Of a stretch of 60,000 nt of DNA, positions 1 to 12,695 are shown piece after piece; positions within the stretch are counted from its first letter, which is position 1; every line of letters begins with the position of its first letter. The notes beneath the pieces are model-generated. The model was given only the letters and a program-made list of their open reading frames with translations. It ran no database searches and was not told where the DNA came from. A program made the position numbers and the translations under genes. Source of the stretch: Felis catus. Taxonomy: Eukaryota. The DNA lies in the NCBI RefSeq assembly GCF_018350175.1, contig NC_058368.1, positions 206,772,001 through 206,832,000 on the forward strand. The letters run 5' to 3'.

Positions 1-293
1 AAAAAAGCTGGCTTTGTGACTGGGCCAGTAAGACGTGGTGGGGCGAATTGCTAACCTAACTTGTGTAGCTGATGTGCTACTAGGGTGTAGGGGGTCTTAT
101 AGGAACACAAGGAAACAAAGTAAATTGTGAGCACTTTGGGGGATGGCTAATGGTTTTAATACCTAGATTAATTGGGGTTTAATTGGCAGAATGCCAGGAA
201 TTCACAAAATTCCTAGACTCAGGAATCTAGGCAGTTTGAGAAACTCCACATGGGAAATATATGGAGTCTTCAAACTGAGCATTAGGGGTAGTG

Positions 294-844
294 TGTGGTG
301 GGCTGACTAATGGTCCACCAAATGTCCAGGTGAACCTGAAAATATGTCATAGGGATTTTACTTACCTAATGAAAGTCACAGACCTTAAAAAAGGGACATC
401 ATCTTGGATTATTTAGGTGAGCCCAGTCTAAGATCCTTAAAAGCATACAATTTTCTCCTGCAGAGGCAGGAAAGAGATGTGATGGAAAGGGAAGTCATAA
501 AAATTCCAAGCATGTTGCTGGTTCTGAGATGCAAGGACCCACACGCAAGGCCTGGAAAGAAGCCTCCAGAAGTTGAGGATGGCTCCCAGTTAGTAGCCAG
601 CAAATAAATAAGACTCAGTCCCACTTCTGAAAAAAGCTGGATTCTGCCAACCTCCATGAGTTTGGAAGCAGATTCTTCTCCAGAGTTCCCAGTAAGGGAC
701 AAAGCCCTGGTGACACCATGAATTTTAGTCTATGAGGCCTTTGATGGACTTCTAACCTACAGAACTAAGAGATGATAAATGGGTATTGTTTTAAGGTGCT
801 AAGTTTGTGGTAGTTTGTTATGGAAACAATAGAAAACTAATACA
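294..844 (+). mobile_element. MaLR solo LTR (MLT1D/E-like)
   Basis: Begins TGTGGTGGGCTGACTAATGG; ends GACTTCTAACCTACAGAACT...GATAAATGGGTATTGTTTTAAG...AAGTTTGTGGTAGTTTGTTATGG...AACTAATACA, typical of MLT1. Confidence 0.85.
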
Positions 845-1510
845 GAGTATGAGATGCATATCTCTTGAGAGCATGAGTGGATGCAGGAGCAGAGCAAGGA
901 TACTGGTTAAGGGTGGTAGGTGGAATCCCTTTTAGGATACCAATATTTGAGGGGTGTGGGGAGTCCAAGGTGTGTACAAGGTTCTAGCTACCTAAGGATT
1001 TTAGTGCATAGAGAAAAGAGCACGACAGATCTCTATAGAAGGAACAAACTCATCCACCATGCAGTGCAAGACTAATTTTCTGAAATAAGACTGAGCTGAG
1101 CAGACTGCTCAGCTGAACCTAGTTAATAGTGGCCCCGGCCTTCTCATTGACTTGGGTTCTTTCATCCCAGCCCAGCCCTCAGGCCCCTACAAGGATATTG
1201 AGAGCAGCTGGTAAATTGATGGGATGAAGAAAGGGCTTACATTTACATAATAAAAGATGGTAAGGCTAGAAGACAATAAATAGAACAAGAATACACTTCG
1301 TCAATTAACACCCACAAAAGCAGGGTTACAGCATGAAAATAGACTCATCACAGGGGTGCAAATCCTGAGACAGAAAGCATTCAATGAAGTAAAGTAGAAA
1401 CAAAAACAAACCATCCTCTATTAAAGTAGCAAGTGCTTCAAATTAATAGTGTAACAAGCATATTCCTTAGCAAGATAAGCATTGTCCATTAACATGCCTA
1501 CATTAAAAAA

Positions 1511-1688
1511 ACATTTTTTTTAACGTTTATTTATTTTTGAGAGAGCATGAGGAGGAGAGGGAGACCCAGGCTCCAGGCTCCGAGGCGTCAGCACAGAGCC
1601 TGACGCAAGGCTTGGGGCTCGAGCTCACAAATTGTGAGATCATGATCTGAAGTCTGATGCTCAACCTACTGAGCCACCCATGCACCTT
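1511..1688 (-). mobile_element. Can-SINE (SINEC), internally shortened
   Basis: T-rich tail, GAGA tract, tRNA-derived head; TSD AACATGCCT(A/G)CATT at 1491 and 1689. Confidence 0.9.
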
Positions 1689-3949
1689 AACATGCCTGCA
1701 TTTAACGGTACATCAGCAAAGAGGTTCTGTCCGCAAGAATCAGATTAGGCTGGAATTTGTCTTTGTGGCAGGGGAGCTTGGAAGTTTCTATTGCAATAGT
1801 TCTACAGTATGTACAGTGATGAAGACAAATGTCCCAACAATGCTTATATCTGAAATGTTTCTCCTGAAAATTTGGTTGGTTTTTATCTCATGGACATTGT
1901 GAATCTGGTAACAATCATGTGCCTCAGTGGGTCACTAAGATGCTCAGAGCCAAAGTATCACCTGTGAGTTTGCATTTCTTTCCCTAGTGTTATTTTGTTT
2001 TCCTACTACCATTTTGATCTGCTGATTTATTTATCTGTTTATTTCTATTCTGTTTTATTTTGTGTATTTGGCCATCAAATTCCTTTTTAGAATGAGACTA
2101 AGAAGGAAAGAGTGAAGGAGAAATAAAAAAAAAAGAAAAAAACCTCACATTTATTTTCCTAAACAAATGGCTGGGAACAGCCTAATCTATATATACGTCT
2201 GTTGCTTTAGATAGAACAGGAAAAAGTTTCAGTGAACTAATTCCTGCATGTACAGTCATTTGTAAATGTTAAGCATCTTTGACTGGTTTGAAAATTTCAG
2301 CAATGGTATTTATGTTCCTTTGGGTGACTGGATTCTTATTTGTGCATCTGGTGGAAAGTCTTGCCTGATACTGCAACTGCTCATATTGGCTTCCTTCCCA
2401 TGTTCTTCTGTGTTTTGAAAGTGTTCTAAGCTCTAGAATAAATCAGGCACATCAGACACTCCACAAATCTTCATGTGTTGAGATGGAGTCCTTTCTTTTT
2501 TGAATCAACCGAATTAACATATGGTAACACTCGTGGTCATGAAGAGCAATAAAACTTTCCTTTTATGGCATTTTAAAGCCTATGGCATACTTTCCTCAAA
2601 ACCCAAGGATGAGACGGAACTCTTAATTTGAGAGGGAAAAGCAGGGAAAAAGCAAGACATTTCAAGTAGATGTCCTATTGAACCCTAGCAACACTTACTA
2701 GAAAACTCTGCTTTTAGAAGTTTAGGGCACTTGTCTAGTGAGTTATGAGGTAGAATAGCATTTTGAGATATTAATTGATATTTCCTTCCCATAATTCCTT
2801 GTATCTTGTGACTCTTCTCCATAATCAGGAAACTGGCACTCCACACTTATGCCTCAGGAAATATATTACACAGCAGAATACAGAGAACATAAAAAGGGTT
2901 TAAATATGGCTTAAAAATAAAACAAGAACCCCCAAGTTTATAATGTAAGACAAAAGAGAAATGGAAATTAAAATTGGAGAGTAAGCTGGATAATGTTGGG
3001 TCACTGAAAGTCCATAGGACTATGGACTTTTCTGCCTTGTGGTGGATCCAAGATTGAGCAAAATGGATATGAAAGACACAAAACAAAATCTCACTAGATT
3101 CAGGATGATTTGTTTGAAAGCTATATTCTGCTTCCTGAGTGAAGTCAGAGAGGTGGTAGACTTGTAGAAGCTTACATACTCAGAATGACATGGAAACACT
3201 TGATTAAACATAGTTTTACAGAATGTCTAGGCATACAAACCCAAGGAAACTGCATAGAGTTTATCTATGTCCTATTGGCTCAAAAGAATAACCAAATGTT
3301 TTCAGTGGGACTGAGAGAGTTCCAACGTCAACAAGATAGAATCAGACCTGGGGAAGCCTAAGGGTGTGGTGAGGAGGATGCTACTGATTGTATAGACCAG
3401 TGACCAAAGGGCCAATGCTAATTTGGGGAACTGGTAATGACTAAGGATCATATTTCCATCTCTGCTCCCATCTTCTGTGAAATCAGCCTTTATCCCTGCA
3501 ATTTGTATGCAACTCCAGGGAAGGGACCGGACTCCAAGACTTGAATGAAATGATCTAGAATTGATAAGATTGTTTCTAACACAGACTGGGAAAAAAAAAA
3601 GACATTACATTTCTGTGTCCTGATCTGTAGGTTCAACGTCAAAACCATCTCATGTACTGAGAAAAAGCCATTTAAAGCTTTGGTACCATAACTTTCCAGT
3701 AGAGTTGGCTAAATGAGTATATGAATTTCTCTCTCCACTCTCCTAAAGAGAAGAAGAAAATATTCCCGTTGCAGCTTTGGAGTCTGAGCATGTGGTTTCC
3801 ACACTTACCTCATTATCATGGTCTCCTCCCTTGTGGACTTCAGAGTTTACGGAGTTGTTCAAAACTCACAGAGTGAAAAGCTGCACTGTGAGTCAGCCCT
3901 GTTGCTGTCTTGGTATGTGGTATGTTGGGGGGTCATTTAACTAAGTTTT

Positions 3950-4420
3950 GAGGTATAGGGAGGTGACATCTAGGAAGTATCATCTTATCTGGAAACGAGT
4001 AAGACTGATCTAGGTAAAACTGAAGGTGTGGGGAGTGAGATGGCATCCCTGAGAGAAAGCATAGTTTATGCAAAGACCTTGTGAGTAGGAGTGTGTGTGT
4101 AATTCAGTCTAACTGGAGATTAGCTTGCAAGGCAGTAGGTGGTGTTCAAGAGACAAGGCTAGGAAAGTAAGCAGGAGCAAAGCAAGAAAGCCCTTGTAAT
4201 TCCATGGCTTCATCCTGAGGGCAATAAGGAGCCATTTAAGCATTTTAAGCAGGGGAACGTCCCAGTGTATAAAGTGGATGGTGGATAAGAGGGATCAAGT
4301 CTGGGAGTTAGGAACATCATTTAGGGGACATTGCAGTAATCTGGGAAAGCCATGTTGATAGCTTGAGTTAAGAAATTAATGATAGGGATAAAGAGAAATT
4401 GGCGGATATATAAGATACTC
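3950..4420 (-). mobile_element. L2 LINE fragment
   Basis: Purine-rich antisense L2 motifs: ATGCAAAGACCTTG, CATCCTGAGGGCAATAAGGAGCCATT...TTTTAAGCAGGGG, ATTGCAGTAATCTGGG. Confidence 0.7.
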
Positions 4421-4743
4421 AGATCCCTTGATATTATAAATCATCTTGGTGAAATTAATAATCAATTAATAATCATGATGTCTTCTACATCATGTCTTCG
4501 TCCTATAGGCCTTTTCTTCTTCTGCTCTTAGAGCTTTACTCTCTCCATGAAGTTCTTTGGGGTTTCTATTCACAACCTATTCTTGCTGCCTCTGGTCTCA
4601 AAGTGATTCAGTAGCAAAAGGTCTTCATGGTTCCCAAACCTAAGGTCACACAGATTCACAGATTCACAACTTTAAATCCAGATCTCCTAACCTGACTATA
4701 GTTTTTTTCTGTTAGACTAAAATAGAATATAATAGAAGTGAAT

Positions 4744-4786
4744 ACACACACACACACACACACACATACATACATACATATATGCA
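4744..4786. repeat. (CA)n/(CATA)n microsatellite
   Basis: Direct reading. Confidence 0.9.
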
Positions 4787-6255
4787 TAAAAAGCTAAGGA
4801 GTCTTTCAGAGTTTTGCTAGATTATATGGCTTAGAGTGGGTCCTAGAATCTAAGTATTCTTATAAATGTTCCTGGAAACAGATAACACTAAAACTCCACA
4901 TGCTTGGAAATACAGTAACTACAGTTTACTCATCCTATCCTGGTGTCCTTAGAAAGAGAGGAGAAACTAGAGAGAAGTGAGCCTCTTGGGATGGGAGGGA
5001 GAATTTAGTTGCTCAGCAACATGACTCAGAAGTAGGGTTAAGCTTTCCAAAATGCACCTGTGACTTAACTGTGAGCCTGACACAGGGACTCTGGGGAGAG
5101 AAAAGGAAGCAGTAAATTAAATCTCTGGTCAAATACTTAATAAAATGGAATTTTCAAAAGAAGACATAATAAAGTTCATTGAAGATCTCAAAGCATAAAC
5201 CAGAGAAGTCAAAATTACCCAAATCATGTAGCTCAGGTATAAATAAATGTGTAGGGGTGATATTCCTCCTATTTAGTGAAAAGGATGTGTAGTGGATGAA
5301 TAATGTGTGTTTATGCCTGATTGAGGGGCACTTCTTATAAAGATTTCAGGGAAATGACCATGCAAGTGAATTATGGGGCATGTGCTGGCACTGTTTTCCC
5401 TCAGCTGCTTAAAACCGCATTAAGTTGATGTGAGTGAGGTGGTGTGAGTCACCCAGCTCTATAGTTGATAATCAGAAGACCTCATGCAACAGAAGCCATG
5501 GAAGACTGAGGTTGTTTCAAAGTCAGTGGTCCAAATGGGATTGGATGCTCCAACTACAGCATGGTAAAATGCTCCGCTAGCTGTGTTCATTAAAGCCTCA
5601 ACCAGGATGTCTAGGAAGTAGGGCAAGAAGTCATTAATTTATATTTTGTGGTCTGCTGTGGCTAATGTGGAAAACCCCTTTATGCTTCAAAACTGTTAAC
5701 CAAAGTCTTTCTGAATTGCGTGAAATCACTGTCTTGCCTCTGAAGCCTGCAGATTTGACTAACACGCAGCAATATAATGAAGAAACTCGGGAGACTGGAC
5801 TGAATGTTTTTGTCACCAGATTTATGCAGCAAACTACTTTGTGTATTAATCTTGTAACATAGTGTGGTTTTCTCACTTTTTCATTCTGTTCCCCCTGTTG
5901 TAAAAAGTAGGATACTAAAAATACTGCTAATAGTTGAAGGATCCAGCAGTTTTTAGCTAAAGTGGATTGAGGTTTATTTCAGTGTATCTTTTGAGATGCA
6001 ATTATTTTATAGCTCTCACTGGTAGGATTGCTTTTTAAATTTTTATTATTTTATTTTATTATTTTAAGCTCTCTGGCTTGCAGTTATTTTAAAACCTTCA
6101 TCAGTTTTATACTAATAACTTGGCTATCTTATCTTAGATTCACCAACCAGATTTCACAAAGATGATCAAATGCAAGTTAAAAGCAGTGTGTGTGTCCATG
6201 TGGTTACACTTCAAAAAAATAATGTTACAATGCTTTATGAAAATACCTAAGTATA

Positions 6256-6473
6256 GGCATATAGGCTGGGTGGCTCATTTGGTTAAGTGTCCAGTTTCGG
6301 CTCAGGTCATGATCTCACGGTCTGCGAGTTCAAGCCCCACATCGAGCTCTGCACTAACAGCTCAGAGCCTGGAGCCTGCTTCAGATTCTGTGTCTCCCTC
6401 TCTTTCTGCCCCTCCCTCGTGCTCTCTCTCACTCTCTCTCAAAAATAAATAAATAAACATTAAAAATATATTA
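6256..6473 (+). mobile_element. Can-SINE (SINEC)
   Basis: GGTGGCTCA..GGTTAAG head, (CT)n, A-tail; perfect TSD AAAATACCTAAGTATA at 6240 and 6474. Confidence 0.95.
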
Positions 6474-6686
6474 AAAATACCTAAGTATAAATATCAAAAG
6501 AGGCTATAAATTGAGAGCAAGATTTGAGGAAGTGATGCCAATTGATAACTCACTAAATGTCAACTTTCAAAAATGTTTCTTGATCTAAACCTCTTTTCTC
6601 CTCAGCCTTAAGCAGAAACAGCATATTTTAATGTGTATCCTGGCAGCGTAGATGGGAGGGAGAAAAGATATTTAAATCAATTATGA

Positions 6687-6895
6687 GGAGCGCCTGGGTG
6701 GCGCAGTCGGTTAAGCATCGGACTTCAGCCAGGTCACGATCTCGCGGTCCGTGAGTTCCAGCCCCGCGTCGGGCTCTGGGCTGATGGCTCAGAGCCTGGA
6801 GCCTGTTTCCGTTTCTGTGTCTCCCTCTCTCTCTGCCCCTCGCCCGTTCATGCTCTGTCTCTCTCTGTCCCAAAAATAAATAAACGTTGAAAAAA

Positions 6896-6941
<46 letters not shown>
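6687..6941 (+). mobile_element. Young felid Can-SINE (SINEC_Fc-type) with (AAAT)n tail
   Basis: CpG-rich GGTGGCGCAGTCGGTTAAGC...TCAGCCAGGTCACGATCTCGCGGTCCGTGAG; tail expanded into (AAAT)n. Confidence 0.95.
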
Positions 6942-6943
<2 letters not shown>

Positions 6944-7934
6944 GAAAAATGCTCATGTATGGGGTGTTTTTGGCTTCCAAACCCCTAATAATTCAATTAT
7001 TATATATTTGTGATTCCAACTTGTTTTTCTATTGCATATTTAATATTAAGCAGAGAATATCCATCCAGAAATGTCCTGCCCAGATGGTGCTTTTTTGGTC
7101 AAATTCTTTTAAACACTTCCTACCTGACAATATCTGACTTGAGTTCTATTTTCATAAGACAAATTCTTTGCTAGTTGTAGCTAATTATAACACAAACACA
7201 AAAACAAAACTGGGAGACATCCAAGTTAGAATAGTAATAGAGGCTGATGTACCAAGGTTTTACCAGGGTCTGGTATGATTCACTTTAGCAACAAATTTTT
7301 TGGGCAACTCCAAAGTAGTAATATTGAATTAAGGAATCAAAAGCTAGGCTGGGACACAGAAGAAGTTTGAAGGCAGTGAATCCTCGCAGTGTCCATTATT
7401 CCATATCTTTGTATGTTGTGGATTCTCCCATACTTTCCTCACGGTCATTTCCATGAGAGAACTATTGGGAAAAATGTTTAGCCAGAAAGCAAATCTCTTC
7501 CCATGTGATTACAAAACCAATCTTTATAGTTAGGAGGATAAGATTAAAAAAAAAAATGGCTTAATAGTTTTGGTGGGTACAGGAGGCTTATATGAGACCA
7601 AAGTAAAGGAGTTGGAAAAAGCTTACTGGGGCTGGAGAACTTTGCTTCAGGAATGTCTCTCCTGAGGAAGAAAATAGAAGGCAGGTTTCTATAAAAAGAA
7701 AGAAGAAGAAAGAGGCTTCTGGAGATTTCCCAAGTAAGAGCCACAGCCAGTTTATGTCATCCCTTTGCAATTTCCACACCACCATCAAAGACAAGTGATT
7801 CACCATGAGATAGTAACATTTCTGGCATCCATACTTCCATGTAATACCTGAGGAATTAGGCACAGGAGTCCTTGGGAGCGAGAATTTCCCAGGGAAGTGG
7901 TTAAACAGAGCAATGGGGTAAGTGTTGAGAAGGG

Positions 7935-8231
7935 CTGGATGCCTCTGCCCCTCCTTGTCACTTGAATAACTCCCTCAGGTCTCTGGGTCCTCTAAGAGGC
8001 CTTCCTGACCCTGAGTACTACAATAGATGCTTGGTTCAGGTGCTCCCATGGCATGCTGGGCTTACATCTACTCTTTACTGTTTACTCTGTGTGTAATTTT
8101 TTTTCTTCCACCTATAGGCAGTGTGTTTCCTGATGATATAGGATATGCTCTTTTTTCACCATTTACCTCCAGCAAAGATCACAGTGCCTGCCACACAGTA
8201 GATGCTTAATAAATGCTTGTTAAACAAACAA
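7935..8231 (+). mobile_element. L2 3' end
   Basis: AGGCCTTCCTGACC...CACAGTGCCTGCCACACAGTAGATGCTTAATAAATGCTTGTTAAAC. Confidence 0.8.
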
Positions 8232-8682
8232 TTCAAGCAGAATGAAATCACTCTAACCCAGTGATGGCATACAGACTTTGTATCACATGTCAACCCTGAA
8301 TCACAGTGGCTGCCCAAAGGGATGGCTTGAGAAGGACTGTGAGGCTTCAATAGAGCTCAGTGGTAAATGGACCCTGCATCAAATAGAGATGTCTGATCTG
8401 TTTCCTTGCTTAAAACCTATCTTTGATTTTGTTTTTATTGAATAGAGTGGTATCTTGAAGAAACATTAGCCTTAGAGTCCATGGTATAATTGTTTACAGT
8501 GAACATAAAGCCTGAACTGGAAGCCACATTCAGAAAACTGAAGAACAAAACAACAAAAAGCAACGATACTGACAACAACAAATAAAACTAAAATTCAAAG
8601 AGGACAAGGAGACTTCTAGGTAGCATGGTGGCAGCACAGTTGTACATAATTCTCTCAACTTCCAACTAAAGATGTGTGAATT

Positions 8683-8716
8683 CACACACACGCGTGCACA
8701 TGCACACACACACACT
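8683..8716. repeat. Interrupted (CA)n microsatellite
   Basis: Direct reading. Confidence 0.85.
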
Positions 8717-9207
8717 CATGCCAAAGCTGATGAAAATATTAAAAACTATAGTCCCAACTCGTAGGAATTTGGGGACTATAGTTTCGATTGGTTTGACAGA
8801 GTAACCAAATTAAAAAAAAAAAAATAGAGGGCTGAAAGATAACATGAAGTGGCTTTGGCTAAAGTCCAGTCTTTGACCCTTAACGGAAACTCAGGCAGCT
8901 AACTTCTGAGCTGGCTAGAGTCCTATCCTGTTCTTTCCTCCCATCCTGACCACAGGGGCTTTTCTCTATTTATGCCTGATTGGAGACTTCATTTCTGAGT
9001 AGGTAGCATGGTTGAGAGGGAAAGATGTAATGCCCACCTCTCCTGGGATTTGTCAAGGAGACAGAAAGTGTCTGGAAAGCCAGGTATGTGGGGATGTAGT
9101 ATTTTCTATATGTGCACACAAAAAAGTTCCCTATTCTACATCTGGCTTGCTTAGACAGTGGTGATCTTGACAGATCAGAAGATGTCATTCCATGCTAATG
9201 TGGAGAT

Positions 9208-9691
9208 ATGTGGAGAAACTGTCGTATGTTCATAAACTCTGTTTCCTTTTCATCCTTAGCACAGAGCTAGAATGCTTGTTTTGTTTGGTTTGGTTTGGTT
9301 TGGTTTGGTTTACCTCCTACAGTTAGGAGCAGCAGATGACTACATTCTAGACTCCAACTAAATTCTCAACTTCAACTTTTAATGGAAGGTGGGCAAAAGT
9401 CATGTAAGCCATCTTAACCCCTCACCACAAAACCTTCTGCCATATCTTCTGTTTTCTTTCTGTTCCCTTGTTTACTGGCCAAATACAGATTTCCAGTGAA
9501 GGATTCAGAGACCTTAGGAAATGGGAGAGCCACCATGTGGAAGGAGCCTGGTGTGCCTTTAGACTGTGTGCAGCAGAGACCCTTTTCAGAACTTTACTAG
9601 ACTGTAATATGAGGGAAAAATAACCTTTATTGTGTTAGGTCAGTGAGATTTAGGGGTTTGTTATACTAGTTAGCCTACTGTGATTAGTATA
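9208..9691 (+). mobile_element. MaLR solo LTR (MLT1I/J-like) containing (TTTGG)n at about 9278-9311
   Basis: CAGTTAGG..ATGACTACATTCTAG; GAGCCACCATGTGGAAGGAGCCTGG; AATAACCTTTATTGTGTTAGGTCAGTGAGATTTAGGGGTTTGTTA. Confidence 0.7.
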
Positions 9692-9806
9692 CCATACTAG
9701 ATAATTTCTGTTAGCCATCAGAGATTAAACAGACATTAAAGATGTTTTAAAGATCTCCTTAACAATCCAGTATGTTGAGAAGTGTAAAACGTGGTGTCTA
9801 GTCATC

Positions 9807-10382
9807 TGTTGTTTAATCCAGTTCATCTATGCTGTATTACCCCAAATATTAGTGGTTTATAACCACAACCATATTTATTATATCATGGTGTTGTATGTCA
9901 GGAATTCAAGTAGTAATTGGTTAAGTGATTCTTTATGTAGCATAAATAGGAGCCACTCAGTGATATTTAGCTGGTAATTGGTTTGGTCCTCAGTCAAGAC
10001 AGCTTAACTCTTATACCTGGCACTTAGGGACACTTGGACTGAGCCAAAGTGACACCTTGGGCTCAGGTGACACAATTTGAATGTCTGGCGTCTAGAACAT
10101 CTATGAATGACAGGGTATTTTTCATCATGGTTTCTCCAAAAGGCTAGCTTGGGCGTCCTCACAGAATGTGGATCTCAGTAGTATCTAATTTCTTACATGC
10201 TGGCTCAGGACTCCAAAAGACAAAGGACACTGGCCTCCTCCTAAAGCCAATGCTTGGAATGGCAATGTATCACTTGGTCAGTGCAACCACTGTCTAGCCC
10301 AGATTCAAGGGGAAGGAAAACAGACCCAACCTCTTGATGGGAAAAATGTCAAAGATCTTGTGGTCATTTTTAATCTACCACA
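9807..10382 (-). mobile_element. MaLR solo LTR (MLT1H-like)
   Basis: CCCCAAATATTAGTGGTTTATAACCACAACCATATTTATT...GTCAGGAATTC; end CCCAGATTCAAGGGGAAGG...CCTCTTGATGGG...TTTTAATCTACCACA. Confidence 0.8.
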
Positions 10383-10765
10383 TCTAGATAGATAGCTCTG
10401 TGTTTAAGGATGAGTAAGCAGGAAAAAAAAATATGTGTAGTATAGGGAAAAGAAAAAGTCCCATGAAGAGTACAACAGAGTAAATTATGAAAATTTAAGA
10501 GAAGTTTGTTTCTCAATAAAAATTCAAGACAACAGTCTCTATGGGGCTTAAGTGAAGAGTAATAAAAGGTATCTAACTGGAAAAAAAAAGTAGTTGACTG
10601 AAATGTTTAAAGAAGTCCCCTCTCAAAAGAAGAAGGAATAGAAGACCCTGAAATGCAATAGCATGTTTAATACCCATGTTATTCACAATGAATATTAAAA
10701 GTGTCAATAGGAAATAGGTAATAACTTTAGAGTATATAGATGAATAGAATCTATCATCTGCTTTT

Positions 10766-10781
10766 TAAAAATGTTTTTTTT

Positions 10782-10819
<38 letters not shown>

Positions 10820-10983
10820 ATGAGTTGGGGAGGGAGAGACAGAGGGAGAGAGAGAATCCTAAGCAGGCTCTACACTGTTGGCACAGAGCCTGAGGCTGGG
10901 CTCGATCTCATGACGGAGAGATCATGACTTGAGCTGAAATCAAGAGTTGGAAGCTTAACCGGCTGAGCCACTCGAGTGCCCCA
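10766..10983 (-). mobile_element. Can-SINE (SINEC) with (GA)n
   Basis: TSD ATCATCTGCTTTT at 10753 and 10984. Confidence 0.95.
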
Positions 10984-11949
10984 ATCATCTGCTTTTAAGA
11001 CAGACTTACATTTCTGAGAACTCCAGGGCAAATCATCTCTTATTTGCAAGTTCTCGTAAGATCAGTTGAGTTATCCTTCCTCCCTCTGCTCAACCCCTCC
11101 CCCATTTCTCTCCTCTTGCCTTCTCCCACACTTCAAAATACCATAATCTTGCTTAATCTACCATGTGTTCATTTGTAGGCTATAAAACTCAGATGTTGCT
11201 AATAACTTGAATATCTGGTCTTTTATGTGGTGACATAGTATTCTTTGTCCCTATGAACACTTTTTGATGAATGATGATAAAATGATTTTGTTATTGTTAT
11301 GGAAAGAAGTTTATCTGAAAATAATAATATCTGGAAGCAATAAAAAGAAAATCAAGGCATACTCGAAACACTCTCATTACCCACCCATGGGGGAAAAATG
11401 ACCAAGTTACCCGAATTAAGACTTTTCTGTCATGTAACCATTCTAAATAAAATTAATTTGGCTATGAAATTACTTCCTTTGTAATGAGAATTCAGAATGA
11501 ATATACATAAGAGTTTTCTAGCTGTGGATATTCACTCTATAGATTGCCCATGTTCCTGGCTGATTCTCCTATTTGATTTTTCTTCGAAGCACTACAGTTA
11601 AAGTATAGCGATGCTATTTGTGTCTTGGGTTCTACTAAAAAATACTTGAGGGAATGTTTCATTCCATCTAGTATTTGAGTACATACACTTTTGTAGTTTT
11701 TTCTAATGGGTTCTAATGTTTTCATTTTGTTTTTCCAAGTACATTTTTGAAAGGCAAGGATTTTGTGAATTCTCAACATCTGTCGTGGTTATGGGACTCA
11801 GTAACATTGCTAAATAATTGAGATTTGAAATAGTAACTTTCTAGCTGCAGGACTTGTAAACAGTTACTTGGAGTGTTGGACATTTTTTGTTAAAATAGTG
11901 TTTGGGTCCATTCATGTATTTCAATTTCCATGCTATTTTTATTTTCAAA

Positions 11950-12692
11950 GAGGTAGTATGGTCTAAAGGTTAAAGATTGGGTCTTTGAGCCTATGTAAGT
12001 TTGTATATCAGTGCCAACATTTCCCAGAAATGCAACATCTGTACCTCACCTCTCTCATCTTTAAAATGGGAATAATAATAGTAACCGCCTTACTACTTAA
12101 TCTGCTGTTGTGCAGACTAGCTGAATTAATACATGAGAAGAGCTTAGAAGTGCCCAGCACATAAAAAGTACTTGTAATAGGCAGAATAGTAGCAAACAAA
12201 GATGTCTATGTCCTGATTCCAGGAATCTATAAACATTTTACCTTAAATGGCAAAAGGGACTTTGGAGATGTGATTAAATTAGGCATATTCATTCAGACAG
12301 GGAAATTATCCTGAATTATCCACATGGGCCCAGTGTAACCACAAGGGTTCTTATAAGTGAAAGAGGAAGACAGGAGAGTTAGAACCAGAGAAGGAGATGT
12401 GACCAGGGGAGCAGAGGTTACAGTGCTATGGGGTCATGACTTCAAGAATGCAGGCAGCATCTAGAAGCTGGAAAAGGCAAGGAAATGGATTCTCCCTTAG
12501 AGCCATCAGAAGGAGGCTCACTAGGCTAAAATCTAGGATTTTAAATTCTAGCCCAATGAGACCCTTTGTGGACTTCTGACCTCCAGAACTGTAAGATAAT
12601 AAATTTGTGTTGCTTTTAAGCCATTAAATTTGTAGTAATCTGTTAGAACAGCAAGAGGAAACGAATGCATTAATAAATGTAACTATTGTTCT
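11950..12692 (+). mobile_element. MIR, interrupted near its 3' end by an MLT1 LTR
   Basis: Core CTCATCTTTAAAATGGGAATAATAATAGTA; tail resumes after the LTR as TAATAAATGTAACTATTGTT (about 12670-12692). Confidence 0.8.
12173..12669 (+). mobile_element. MaLR solo LTR (MLT1D-like)
   Basis: TGTAATAGGCAGAATA...GGCAAAAGGGACTTTGGAGATGTGATTAA...CTAGAAGCTGGAAAAGGCAAGGAAATGGATTCTCCC...GACTTCTGACCTCCAGAACTGTAAGATAATAAATTTGTG. Confidence 0.9.
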
Positions 12693-12695
12693 TCA

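Noticed and set aside
6162..6980. Recurrent 'AQVMISR..SSSP' ORFs and tRNA-like A/B boxes
   Set aside because: These are Can-SINE reading frames and tRNA-derived heads, not genes or tRNAs.
7582..7800. Purine-rich stretch translating as ETKVKELEKA / EEENRRQVSIKRKKKKE with a GTAAGA donor-like site
   Set aside because: Weak acceptor, the two protein-like pieces are in different frames, and I recognise no homology.
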